From Candidatus Woesearchaeota archaeon (GTDB taxonomy: Archaea > Nanobdellota > Nanobdellia > Pacearchaeales > GW2011-AR1), in contig CAZTIP010000003.1 in assembly GCA_964613185.1 (NCBI GenBank), forward strand, positions 2,987-66,986: DNA of 64,000 nucleotides, read 5' to 3'. The position numbers and the translations under genes were made by a program. Of the stretch, positions 35,652 to 45,137 are shown piece by piece. How positions within the stretch are numbered: the stretch's first letter is position 1; the number at the start of each line of letters is the position of its first letter. Below the pieces are notes generated by a model, which saw nothing but the letters and a program-made list of their open reading frames with translations, searched no databases and was not told where the DNA came from.

Positions 35652-38516
35652 ATGACCTATATAAAAAGGATGGTGATGCATGGGTTCAAATCTTTCGCAA
35701 GAAAAACTGAAATTCCCTTAGAAAATGTCATGAATGTTATTGTCGGACCAAATGGTTCGGGAAAATCAAATATTACTGACGCACTTTGCTTTGTACTCGG
35801 AAGACTTTCAATAAAATCCATCAGAGCAGCAAAGGCAGCAAATTTACTTTTCACAGGAAATAAAACTTACAAAGGTTCTCAAGAAGCATCAGTAGAATTA
35901 ATTTTTGATAACTCGGACAATTCTTTCAGTACGGATGGAAATGAATTATCTATAAAAAGGATAGTGAGAAAAAACGGACAATCAATCTATAAAATAAATC
36001 ACCAAACAAAAACAAGGCAAGATTTATTAGAAATTCTTTCCCAAGCAGGAATTGACCCAAACGGATTCAATATTGTTTTACAAGGAGAAATACAATCCTT
36101 AGTAAAATCCACTCCAGAAGAAAGAAGAAAAATTATTGAAGAGGTAGCAGGAATTTCAATATATGAAACAAGAAAACACAAATCTCTAAAGGAATTAGAA
36201 AAAACTGAAGAAAAATTAAAAGAAGTTTCTGCAGTTTTAAGAGAAAGAAATTCACATTTAAAAAATTTAGAAAAGGATAAGCAAGAAGCAATAACTTGGA
36301 AAAATTTGGAAAAAACAATAAATCGATGTAAAGCAACTTTGATTTCAAAAGAGATAAAAGAAAAAGAAAAGGAAATTGAGGGAGTTGAAAAATTCATAGA
36401 AAATAACGAGAATGAAGTAAAAAATTTAAAAAGTAAAATAAATGAAAAAAGTGTATTGATAGAAGAAATTCAAAACAAAATTAAAATAATAAATAAAAAA
36501 ATACAATCTTCTACAAGTAATGAGCAGGAAATTCTCCATAAGGAATTATCAGATTTAAAGGCAAATTTAGCAGGATTAAATGTAAGAAATGAAAATTTCA
36601 GGAATAGAATTGAGCAAGGAAAAGAAAAATCTCTAAACTACAGGAAAAAAATAAAAAATTTAAATGAAGAAATTTCAAAAATACACTCTGCAAGCCCTGA
36701 AATAAAAGAACAACAAGGAAAACAAAAAGTTTTACAAGAAAGATTTGAAATTTTAGAAAAACAAAGAAGGAGATTTTATATTTTAAAATCTGATTTATCG
36801 ACGATAGAAAATAAAAAATACGAAAAGGAAAAATTTTTAATAGAATCTCAAAAAGAAATTCAATTAATAGAAAAAACAATAGAATCTCTTTTTAATGAAA
36901 TAAAATATGCTAAATCTTCAGAGAAAATAATTCATTTTAAGAGAGAAACAAAAGGAAAAATTAATTCCACTGAAGAGAAGATATCTGAATTAGAATCTGA
37001 AATTTTGGAAAAGGAAAAAAGAAATGCAGTTCTTAAAATGGACATTCAAAGGGAAGAGAAATTAACAAAAGATATTTCAGGCTTAGAAAATTGTCCAATT
37101 TGTAAACAGGATGTAAAAGAAGGACATAAACACCAAATATCTAATGAATCAAGTAAAAAAATTAATTTATTCAAAGAAGAATATAAAAATAATGAAAAGG
37201 CAATATTTGAGGACAATCAAAAAATAGAATTTCTAAAAGAGAAACTTTCAAATTTAAGGATAAAAGAAAACGAATTAGAAATTGATGAGTTAAAGGTTAA
37301 AAATTCAGAGGAAAAAAAAGAAAGTGTTAAGAGAATTTTTATTTCTCAAAAAGAAGTAAAAAATGACCTAGGAAAGATAAGGGAGAAGATACAAATTTTA
37401 AATCCTGAATTCGAAAAATTAAAAAATATCGAGACAGAATATGACGAAAAGAGATTAGAATTGCAAGAACTAAATTTTGCAGAAATAGATATTGATACTG
37501 AGATTACAATAAAGAGAAAGGAGATTAATAGGATGGATTTAGAATTAAAATCAATAACTAGGGATATGGAAGAATCTGAAATTGAATTTGAAAAAATTAA
37601 AATTTCGATAGACGAACAAGAGGAATTATTAGAAAGGAAGGAAATAGAAGAACAAAAATTATTTGAAAAATTTCAGGAATTTTTTAATGAAAAAAATAGT
37701 CTTCAGGACAGGGAAAAAGTTTTAGAGACAGATATAATGGGGTTTCAACACAATGCAAAAAATTTTGAAGAAAAGATAAATCACTATAAGATTCAAAAAG
37801 CACAGTATAATGCTCAAAGGGATTCATTAAAAACAGAATTTGCCGAATTCAAAGAAATAGAATTAATTTCTGCACCGAAAGATCAAATAAGGGATAGATT
37901 ACAAAAGTCTCAATTCAGAATTTCAAAATTCGGAAACGTGAATATGAGAGCATTAGAAGTTTTTGAAAAAGTTCAGGAACAGTGCATTTCAATTCAGGAA
38001 AAAGTAGATATTATAAAAAAGGAAAAAGAAAATATCGAAAAAATAATTGCCGAAATAGATAAAAAGAAAAAGAAATCTTTTGTTAAAACACTAACAGAAG
38101 TAAATGAATTTTTCACAAGAAATTTTTCACAATTATCCAAAAAAGGAGAAGTTTTTTTAGAACTAGAAAATAAAAAGGAACCCTTTGACGGTGGATTAAA
38201 TATTTTAATCAAAGTTTCAAGGGGAAGGTATTTTGATATCGCAAGTCTTTCAGGAGGAGAAAAAACGATGGTAGCTCTTTCATTAATTTTTGCGATACAG
38301 GAGTACAATCCTTATTGTTTTTACATTTTTGATGAAATTGATGCCGCATTAGATAAACATAATTCGGAACTTCTAGCAGCCCTAATTAAAAAATACATGA
38401 AAACAGGACAATACATAATCATTACTCACAATGACACCTTAATCAGCGAATCTACAAATCTCTACGGAGTTTCAATGCAAGAAAACATTTCTAAAATAAT
38501 AAGTTTGAAAGTATAA
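35652..38516 (+). CDS. SMC-superfamily ATPase with SMC-type head, long coiled coil and a central CxxC zinc hook (no hinge domain)
   Basis: N-terminal GPNGSGKSNITDALCFVLG. C-terminal LSGGEKTMVALSLIFAIQEYNPYCFYIFDEIDAALD (SMC-type signature and D-loop). NCPICKQ sits at ~aa 479 of 954, the exact coiled-coil apex. Confidence 0.8.
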   Translation: MTYIKRMVMHGFKSFARKTEIPLENVMNVIVGPNGSGKSNITDALCFVLGRLSIKSIRAAKAANLLFTGNKTYKGSQEASVELIFDNSDNSFSTDGNELSIKRIVRKNGQSIYKINHQTKTRQDLLEILSQAGIDPNGFNIVLQGEIQSLVKSTPEERRKIIEEVAGISIYETRKHKSLKELEKTEEKLKEVSAVLRERNSHLKNLEKDKQEAITWKNLEKTINRCKATLISKEIKEKEKEIEGVEKFIENNENEVKNLKSKINEKSVLIEEIQNKIKIINKKIQSSTSNEQEILHKELSDLKANLAGLNVRNENFRNRIEQGKEKSLNYRKKIKNLNEEISKIHSASPEIKEQQGKQKVLQERFEILEKQRRRFYILKSDLSTIENKKYEKEKFLIESQKEIQLIEKTIESLFNEIKYAKSSEKIIHFKRETKGKINSTEEKISELESEILEKEKRNAVLKMDIQREEKLTKDISGLENCPICKQDVKEGHKHQISNESSKKINLFKEEYKNNEKAIFEDNQKIEFLKEKLSNLRIKENELEIDELKVKNSEEKKESVKRIFISQKEVKNDLGKIREKIQILNPEFEKLKNIETEYDEKRLELQELNFAEIDIDTEITIKRKEINRMDLELKSITRDMEESEIEFEKIKISIDEQEELLERKEIEEQKLFEKFQEFFNEKNSLQDREKVLETDIMGFQHNAKNFEEKINHYKIQKAQYNAQRDSLKTEFAEFKEIELISAPKDQIRDRLQKSQFRISKFGNVNMRALEVFEKVQEQCISIQEKVDIIKKEKENIEKIIAEIDKKKKKSFVKTLTEVNEFFTRNFSQLSKKGEVFLELENKKEPFDGGLNILIKVSRGRYFDIASLSGGEKTMVALSLIFAIQEYNPYCFYIFDEIDAALDKHNSELLAALIKKYMKTGQYIIITHNDTLISESTNLYGVSMQENISKIISLKV

Positions 38517-38534
38517 ACTATCACAAAAACATTC

Positions 38535-38549
38535 TCCCTCAAAGAGGGA
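38535..38549. terminator. Hairpin TCCCTC-AAA-GAGGGA between convergent genes
   Basis: Perfect 6-bp inverted repeat flanked by A/T runs. Confidence 0.35.
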
Positions 38550-38584
38550 AATTAAAAAAATAAAAATAAAAATAATTAGTGAAA

Positions 38585-39799
38585 TTAGTAATAACTAGTT
38601 TCTACTTCTTCCATTGGTTTTTCCTTTCGTGCAAGAAGCATAACTAAAACGGCAAGAAGCACAACAAAGATTATTACAAGGATAATTGTCAAAGCAACAA
38701 CAGATGCAGAGACAGAAGATCCAATAATATTTGCTCCGAAGACAGCTTGTTCTCCGTCAACTTCTACAGAGAAAGTGTAAGTTCCAATAGCTACATCCTC
38801 AGATGCAGTAACCATAATTTCAACAGTTTCGCTTGATTCAGGGCCAACAGTAATTACTGAAGGTGCAGAAACGTCCAATCCATTTCCAAAAACAGTATTA
38901 ATATTGAAAACCCTTACACCATTAGCAGAATTAACAATAATTAATTCATAGGCTGTACTTTCTCCAGCGTTTAAGTCCTTATTTTTTACAGCAGTTAAAA
39001 CTTCAAAGTTATTAGAGTCTTCAACACTTACAAGTTTTTCAACAGCAAAAGAAGAATCATCATTATATGCTCGGATTTCCATCAAATAAACTCCGCCATC
39101 AGAATCTTCTGGAACTTCCAAGTAAATTGTTGCTGAAATAGAATCTGTATCGTCTTCATCACTACCTTGACCATTGTCTGTTGAAGTTGTAACTAAATCT
39201 CCAAGATATTTTTGTGAAAAAACACCTAATGAAGGAATAGAAACTGCAACATAAGTATCATCAGCCCTATTAAATCCGCTATTTTTTACAACAACAGAAA
39301 CAGGAACAACGTCACCTGTAGACATTTTTGAAGGATTATTCACTGACAAAATTTCAAAAGTATATGGTTCTCTTTGCATACGAATGGTATACTCTCTTTC
39401 AGTTCGGTCAGTTGATGAAACAATTTCAACATAAAGAGTATAATCTTTATATTGGTCGTCTTCATCAGAAGGAAGTTCTAATGATAAAAGTTTTGTATAG
39501 GTAGTTGAATCAACAATATCAAATCGTTCAGTAGATGCATAAACATCATCCCTGTGACCTTCAATACGTGCCTTAATTCTAACATCGCTCATATTTTGAA
39601 CTGAATCAAAAGTAACTCTTAAAGGAACCACTTCACCGACAATCCCTGACATTGTAAGACTATAAACATCTAATTCAACATTATTAAATTCAGTTTCGAC
39701 ATTTCCGGCAAGATCACTAGCGGAAACTAAGCCTATCATTAAGAATGATAGAACTGCAATAAAAGGAATTAAAAGTAAATTTTTTTTCATATTTTCCAT
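38585..39799 (-). CDS. Cell-surface protein with signal peptide, CARDB/Ig-like repeats and a C-terminal TM anchor
   Basis: MENMKKNLLLIPFIAVLSFLMIGLVSA signal. NAGESTA-type CARDB motifs. C-terminal TM helix plus RKEK. The ORF-track N-terminal extension (to 39946) looks non-coding. Confidence 0.5.
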   Translation of the reverse strand: MENMKKNLLLIPFIAVLSFLMIGLVSASDLAGNVETEFNNVELDVYSLTMSGIVGEVVPLRVTFDSVQNMSDVRIKARIEGHRDDVYASTERFDIVDSTTYTKLLSLELPSDEDDQYKDYTLYVEIVSSTDRTEREYTIRMQREPYTFEILSVNNPSKMSTGDVVPVSVVVKNSGFNRADDTYVAVSIPSLGVFSQKYLGDLVTTSTDNGQGSDEDDTDSISATIYLEVPEDSDGGVYLMEIRAYNDDSSFAVEKLVSVEDSNNFEVLTAVKNKDLNAGESTAYELIIVNSANGVRVFNINTVFGNGLDVSAPSVITVGPESSETVEIMVTASEDVAIGTYTFSVEVDGEQAVFGANIIGSSVSASVVALTIILVIIFVVLLAVLVMLLARKEKPMEEVETSYY

Positions 39800-39915
39800 A
39801 TTCAATTTAGTTAAACATTCGACCAAAGATAAGTATTTAAACCTTATTGTTGTTGTAATTTTTAAAGGACGAAAAAGTAAAAAAAGTATACCCCGGTATA
39901 CATTTTGTTTAAAAA

Positions 39916-40185
39916 ATGAGTAATAAAAAAAATAAAGTTTCTCCAAAAATAACGACGCTGAAACTTCTAGAAGAAACTAAACTTCGGCTTGAAAAATTAA
40001 GGGAACATAAAAGAGAATCTTATAATGACATTTTAAAAAAAATGTTATATGTATTAAATGTTGCAAGGGACGATCCAGAAAAAGCAAAACGAGTTCTAGA
40101 AAAAATTGATGACATAAGAAATCAAATGTTAAAAGAAACACTTCAACAAAAAGAGGATTTTGAAAAAGAAAAATTAAGAAAATAA
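39916..40185 (+). CDS. Ribbon-helix-helix-like small DNA-binding protein
   Basis: KITTLKLLEETKLRLEKL fits the RHH beta-strand/helix-A pattern. 89 aa. Confidence 0.35.
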   Translation: MSNKKNKVSPKITTLKLLEETKLRLEKLREHKRESYNDILKKMLYVLNVARDDPEKAKRVLEKIDDIRNQMLKETLQQKEDFEKEKLRK

Positions 40186-40224
40186 AAATTTATCTTTCGC
40201 AATTTTCAAATTTAATTTAGTCAC

Positions 40225-40710
40225 TCAACTAAAATGAGGATTGGCATTTTCTAAACCAAGATTATCAATATTTTGAATAATATAAGAATACATTTTTTTA
40301 ATCACAATATCTTGAAGATTTTCCTTTAAAATTCCGTGACATTCACCAATATTACTTTCGGGAACCCCTATCATTCCAAAAGGTAAATCACAAATCATAC
40401 CTTGTCCTTCTAATTTCAAAGAATCTTGATTATTTAATTCTCCCTGAAGCAATTCTGCATGGACTCTGCAATCATTTTCAAATCTTCCCAGAATAGAATA
40501 TCTAAAAATCATATCACTTCCACCAACAAATTTTGCCCTATCACAAGATTTTAAATTTTTATTAAAACATTCCAACTCATTACACTCCTCAAAACTAAAA
40601 AAAGAAAGCCATCCAACATAACTTAAAAATAAAAAAAACGAAAGGAGAACGAGAACTTTTAAAAAAATCAATTTATTTTTTCCACCTTCCTTTTTCTTTT
40701 TAACCACCAT
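40225..40710 (-). CDS. Secreted/membrane-anchored Cys-containing hypothetical protein
   Basis: Signal anchor plus 8 Cys. Confidence 0.35.
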   Translation of the reverse strand: MVVKKKKEGGKNKLIFLKVLVLLSFFLFLSYVGWLSFFSFEECNELECFNKNLKSCDRAKFVGGSDMIFRYSILGRFENDCRVHAELLQGELNNQDSLKLEGQGMICDLPFGMIGVPESNIGECHGILKENLQDIVIKKMYSYIIQNIDNLGLENANPHFS

Positions 40711-40820
40711 AGAAAAATAAAGATTAAATGGTATATAAAACTTATTAAAATAAAAAAATAAAAAAATAAAAAAATTCTAAATGAGAACAAAATGTAATTA
40801 AAATTAATTCGATTTAAAAA

Positions 40821-41966
40821 TTACAAAGAAATTAACTCTATATTAGTATCAGGATTCTTTCCAAAAGTTTTCGCAGCAATCGCTCTCACTTGAAGTTTCT
40901 CAGCGTTTTTGATAATTATACCTGTAGCATTAGAAACCATCAAAACAAAAGAATCATTAGGATTAATAGAACTTATCCTAGATGAGGGAAGATTTTGAAC
41001 AACATCTAAATCTTCATTCAAAACAAGAACATTCTTTCCTTTTATCTCTGAAGATAATTCTCTTAATTTTGAGATATCGTCTTCATTCAATGCCCTTCTA
41101 GAAATTTCTACATCTTCAGATTTTTGAACTGAAGATGCTCCAATTTTCCTTAAGAAAACATTTGCAGGAACTTTTTTCCTTAATGCCTGTAACAATTCTT
41201 TTCCCGCAAGCTCTTCTACTTCCTTTCCATCGGGAGCTTGTGCGATATAAACTATTTTTGCATTTTCACAAACATTTTGAGCAATTAGATTTCCTCCACG
41301 GTCTCCATCCACAAATAAAGTCAATTCTTTAGTTTCTCCAAGAGTCGCAATTGTTTTAGGAAATCGAGTTCCTTGCATCCCAATAACATTCTTAATTCCA
41401 TGTTTCAGCATATTAACAACATCTGCACGTCCTTCAGTAACAATCAATTCCTTATCCGTTTCGATATTCGGACCAGCAGCCAAACCTTCCTCTCCATATT
41501 CAACAACTTTAGAAATTCGTGTAGATTCTTTCAATTCATTTTCCATTTCAACAGAATCCATCCCTTCATTGGAAATATTCGCAAGTAATGCTTTAGCTCG
41601 TTCCATGATATAGTCTCTCTTAGAACCACGAACATCTGAAACTTCCCGAATAGTGATCTTTGCATCAGTAGGACCTATCTTATCAATAGTTTCTAAAGCC
41701 GCAGCTATAATTGTTGTTTCAGTTTTATCTAAAGCAGAGGGAATATTAATTTCTCCAGTGGTTTTTCCATCAACAGTTGTTAAATCAACTTCAATTCTTC
41801 CTACCTTCCCTTCTTTTTGAAGTTCTCTCAATTCCATATCTGAACCAAGCAGTCCTTCTGTTTGACCGAACAAAGCTCCAATAACATCCGGTTTTTGAAA
41901 GGGACCCTCAGCTACAAAATCTGCAATAATCGAATATTTTATCGACGTTGGACTTATTTTAGCCAT
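40821..41966 (-). CDS. dnaG: Archaeal DnaG-like primase (Toprim domain)
   Basis: ELIVTEGRADVVNMLKHG ... LFVDGDRGGNLIA Toprim motifs. 381 aa. Confidence 0.8.
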   Translation of the reverse strand: MAKISPTSIKYSIIADFVAEGPFQKPDVIGALFGQTEGLLGSDMELRELQKEGKVGRIEVDLTTVDGKTTGEINIPSALDKTETTIIAAALETIDKIGPTDAKITIREVSDVRGSKRDYIMERAKALLANISNEGMDSVEMENELKESTRISKVVEYGEEGLAAGPNIETDKELIVTEGRADVVNMLKHGIKNVIGMQGTRFPKTIATLGETKELTLFVDGDRGGNLIAQNVCENAKIVYIAQAPDGKEVEELAGKELLQALRKKVPANVFLRKIGASSVQKSEDVEISRRALNEDDISKLRELSSEIKGKNVLVLNEDLDVVQNLPSSRISSINPNDSFVLMVSNATGIIIKNAEKLQVRAIAAKTFGKNPDTNIELISL

Positions 41967-42137
41967 TTTTTATATTTTTCTCCATTATTTAATTAATTAG
42001 AAATCTATCTCTGTGCTTTACAAACAAATTTTTAAAGTAAATGTGATAATCGTAATATGATACTATTTGATCTCTAACAAAAAATAAACAACTCAATCCT
42101 TTTTAAATTTTGTCATTTTCAAAATTAACGGAAATCT

Positions 42138-42145
42138 TTATATAC
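42138..42145 (+). promoter_or_regulatory. Canonical archaeal TATA box (TTTATATA) ~25 nt upstream of the GGGGG SD for the acidic micro-ORFs
   Basis: ctTTATATAc at 42137-42146. SD aaaGGGGGctaaATG. Confidence 0.45.
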
Positions 42146-42181
42146 TTCTCACTTCAATCAAGAGTAAATAAAGGGGGCTAA

Positions 42182-42256
42182 ATGGAATCTATCGACGAGA
42201 AATCCGAAAACGAGGAAGAATTTGACGACGATGAAGAACTCGAAGATGACGAATAG
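42182..42256 (+). CDS. Ultra-acidic micro-protein (24 aa): MESIDEKSENEEEFDDDEELEDDE
   Basis: ATG preceded by a GGGGG Shine-Dalgarno. TAG stop. Confidence 0.3.
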   Translation: MESIDEKSENEEEFDDDEELEDDE

Positions 42257-42266
42257 ATAATAAACA

Positions 42267-42347
42267 ATGTCTGAACTAGAAGAAATTGGAATCGAAGAAG
42301 GGGATTTTGATCTAACTGAAGAAGCTGAAGAAAACGATATAGAATAA
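42267..42347 (+). CDS. Ultra-acidic micro-protein (26 aa): MSELEEIGIEEGDFDLTEEAEENDIE
   Basis: Second ORF 10 nt downstream of the first. TAA stop. Confidence 0.3.
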   Translation: MSELEEIGIEEGDFDLTEEAEENDIE

Positions 42348-42387
42348 ATTTTATTTTAAAAAAATTTATACTTTTCAAGAAACTTTA

Positions 42388-42969
42388 CTATATCCCTTCA
42401 AGCAATTTAGCTTCTCGGAAGAATCCAAGAGAATTATATGTAGAAATCAATTTCTTTTTTATTTCTTTTTTCTCAATATCCTCTAAATTCATTTTAATAA
42501 TTTTTTCATAAAATTTAGCGGCAGAAACTTTTTTTCCTTTTTCTTCTAAAGATTTTGCAGAAGAAAGATAAATATTTTTACGGGCTAATTTGATTTTTAA
42601 TTTTTGTTCCGAATTTCCATCACGAAGAGCACGAACAAACATTTCGTCAGAATCTTCAAGTTTTCCAACTTTAGAATAAAGTTCTGCTGCAGAAAGGTAA
42701 TCATCAATCCTTTTTTTGAAAGAAACTTCGGAAGAAGCCTTATTCGCTAATGCTTTAGCTGCCCTGCCATACATTCCACGTTCTTCTAAAAATTCGGAAA
42801 GTTTACTCCATAAAAATCTTTTTATCTCAAAACTAAATCCAGATTCTTTCAATGCAGATTCCAAATAATTAATTTTGTTCAAAGAAGTAGTCATCTCTAA
42901 AAGTTTAGATTCAATCTCTTCAAGAGTTTTTTCACGTATCTGAATTCCCATCAAAAACAAAACAATCAT
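42388..42969 (-). CDS. TPR-like helical repeat protein
   Basis: Repeated ~34-aa helical units (AAKALANKA..., AELYSKVGKLEDS...). Confidence 0.4.
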   Translation of the reverse strand: MIVLFLMGIQIREKTLEEIESKLLEMTTSLNKINYLESALKESGFSFEIKRFLWSKLSEFLEERGMYGRAAKALANKASSEVSFKKRIDDYLSAAELYSKVGKLEDSDEMFVRALRDGNSEQKLKIKLARKNIYLSSAKSLEEKGKKVSAAKFYEKIIKMNLEDIEKKEIKKKLISTYNSLGFFREAKLLEGI

Positions 42970-43024
42970 CAGTTTTTAAAAATTCTTATACTCAATTTTA
43001 TATACTTATTCGATTTATTTCAAA

Positions 43025-43582
43025 ATGGAAAGATGTGGATGGGTAAAAAATTCAGATAAAGAATACATAAAATATCATGATAAAGAGTGGGGGGTCCCAG
43101 TTAAAAAGGACAGAAAACTTTTTGAGATGTTAATTTTAGAGGGTGCACAGGCAGGATTATCGTGGTCAACAATTTTAAAAAAAAGAAAAAATTATAGAAG
43201 GGTATTCAATAAATTTAATCCAAAAAAGATATCAAAATATAATGATGAAGAAATAAAAAAACTTTTAAAAAATGATGGGATTGTAAGAAATAAATTAAAA
43301 ATAAAATCTACAATTCAAAACGCAAAAGTTTTTTTAGAAATTCAAAAAGAATTTGGAAGTTTCAATAAATACCTTTGGAAATTTACAAATAATCAAATAA
43401 TAAAAAACAAATTTAAAAAAGTGTCAGAGATTCCTGTAAAAACACCCTTAGCAGAAAAAATTTCAAAAGACCTTAAGAAAAGGGGAATGAATTTCGTTGG
43501 TCCAACAATTATTTATGCATTTATGCAAGCAATAGGGATGGTAAATGATCATACAACTAATTGTTTCAGATACAATAAATAA
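43025..43582 (+). CDS. tag: DNA-3-methyladenine glycosylase I
   Basis: RCGWV...YHDKEWGVP...LFEMLILEGAQAGLSW...FVGPTIIYAFMQAIGMVNDH...C matches Tag throughout. Confidence 0.85.
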   Translation: MERCGWVKNSDKEYIKYHDKEWGVPVKKDRKLFEMLILEGAQAGLSWSTILKKRKNYRRVFNKFNPKKISKYNDEEIKKLLKNDGIVRNKLKIKSTIQNAKVFLEIQKEFGSFNKYLWKFTNNQIIKNKFKKVSEIPVKTPLAEKISKDLKKRGMNFVGPTIIYAFMQAIGMVNDHTTNCFRYNK

Positions 43583-43727
43583 AAATTGTATTGCTTCAAA
43601 AATTTCTCCTTAAAGCAAAAAATAAAAAAATAAAAAAAGGTCTTATCGACCAAAATCAAAAAATTTAATTTTAATTAAATTCAAACTGGGAGCAAAAATT
43701 TTGCCCACAAAATTAAATAAAATAAAA

Positions 43728-45014
43728 TTATAATTTCTTTTCTACAAGAGACTTGCAAACACCTGCAGCAACTGTAACACCGGCGTCACGGATAGCGAAT
43801 CTTGCCATATTTGGATTCTTATCCGCAGATTCCAAAACAAGATTTCCGATCGGTTTGATTTTTACAATAGCAACATCCCCATTCTTCAAAAAGTCTGGGT
43901 TTTCTTCAGCAACTTGTCCAGATGCAGGATCCAATTTAGCTTTAATTTCCACAAATTGACATGGAACTTGAGCTGTATGGACGTGGAAAACTGGTGTGTA
44001 ACCCTTAGCAATTACAGTTGGGTGGTTAATTATCGCCACTTGAGCTTCAAACTCTTCAACTAGCTTTACAGGTTCAGCAGCATCACAAATAACATCTCCT
44101 CGAGCCATGTCTTTTTTACCAATCCCTCTCAGGTTGATACCTACATTATCTCCAGCTTCTGCTTCTTGTAATTGTTCGTGATGAGCTTCGATACTTCGAA
44201 CTTCACCTTCAATTCCGCTTCCAGATCTCCCTGGTAAAACAATTACTTTTTGACCAATCTTCATAATACCTGTTTCGATTTTTCCTACTGGAACAGTACC
44301 GATACCAGTGATATCATAAACATCCTGGATAGGCATTCTCATTGGTAAGCCAGTTGGTTTTTCAGGTGCAGGAAATTTATCAATCTGTTCAAGAACAGTT
44401 GGTCCCTTGTACCACGCCATTTTGTCAGATTTATTTGCAATGTTATCGCCCATAAGAGCAGAACCTGCAATAAAATTTGTTTCATCGGGTTTAAACCCTG
44501 CCATCTTGATAACAGCAGAAACATCTTCAACGGCTTTTTTATACTTTGCCTCATCATAGTCAACAACATCCATCTTATTGATTAAAACTGCCAAGTGTTT
44601 AACACCCATAGTTCTAAGCAACCAAACATGTTCTTTTGTCTGAGGTTGTACTCCGTCTTCACATCCAACAACTAAAAAGGCAGCATCTGCTTGAGAAGCT
44701 CCAGTAATCATATTCTTAACAAAATCTTTATGTCCTGGTGCATCAATAATTGTAACTTCATAATTTTTAGTCATAAGCTTTTTGTAAGACAAGTTAATAG
44801 TAACTCCTCTTTCTCGCTCTTCCTTCAAATTATCCATTACATAAGCAAATTCAAACCCTGCTTTACCATGTTTTTCTGCTTCTTCTTTGTACTTCTTCAT
44901 TTCCTGTTCGGAAACTGCACCACCGTCAAAAAAAGTTCTACCTACAGCAGTACTTTTTCCTTGGTCGACATGTCCAACGAAGACAACATTCATTCCTGGT
45001 TTTTCTTTAGCCAT
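43728..45014 (-). CDS. tuf: Translation elongation factor 1-alpha
   Basis: [10 protein letters not shown]1 motif. DAPGH. NKMD. 428 aa. Confidence 0.95.
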   Translation of the reverse strand: MAKEKPGMNVVFVGHVDQGKSTAVGRTFFDGGAVSEQEMKKYKEEAEKHGKAGFEFAYVMDNLKEERERGVTINLSYKKLMTKNYEVTIIDAPGHKDFVKNMITGASQADAAFLVVGCEDGVQPQTKEHVWLLRTMGVKHLAVLINKMDVVDYDEAKYKKAVEDVSAVIKMAGFKPDETNFIAGSALMGDNIANKSDKMAWYKGPTVLEQIDKFPAPEKPTGLPMRMPIQDVYDITGIGTVPVGKIETGIMKIGQKVIVLPGRSGSGIEGEVRSIEAHHEQLQEAEAGDNVGINLRGIGKKDMARGDVICDAAEPVKLVEEFEAQVAIINHPTVIAKGYTPVFHVHTAQVPCQFVEIKAKLDPASGQVAEENPDFLKNGDVAIVKIKPIGNLVLESADKNPNMARFAIRDAGVTVAAGVCKSLVEKKL

Positions 45015-45137
45015 TTTTTCTAATTTTTTAATTTAGTTAATTTAATACATCGAAGAAAATTACTCGCCTAAGATGTAAATATAATGTGTAAAATTGGTTT
45101 TTAAAACTTTCCCCTTCAAATTCAATTCTAAAAAAAT

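Noticed and set aside
35657-38308. Minus-strand ORFs inside the SMC-like gene: 35657..35854, 35999..36397, 36133..36348, 36598..36879, 37994..38308
   Set aside because: They are antisense to a 954-aa ORF with clear Walker A and signature motifs, and low-complexity.
35652-38516. Calling the SMC-family ATPase Rad50
   Set aside because: The D-loop and signature motif are SMC-type (DEIDAALD; LSGGEKTMVALSLIFAIQ), and no Mre11 is adjacent. It is kept as an unclassified SMC-family ATPase with a hook.
39800-39946. N-terminal 49-aa extension of ORF 38585..39946 (MEKLYFFYYSFFKQ...)
   Set aside because: The Phe/Tyr-rich translation is characteristic of AT-rich non-coding DNA. A proper signal peptide begins at the internal MENMKKNLLLIPFIAVL. 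The extension would also collide with the divergent RHH gene.
41135-41588. Plus-strand ORFs 41135..41332 and 41373..41588
   Set aside because: Antisense to dnaG.
42178-42378. Minus-strand 66-aa ORF (poly-Ser)
   Set aside because: Low-complexity SSSSSSSSS translation antisense to two acidic micro-ORFs that have a proper TATA and SD.
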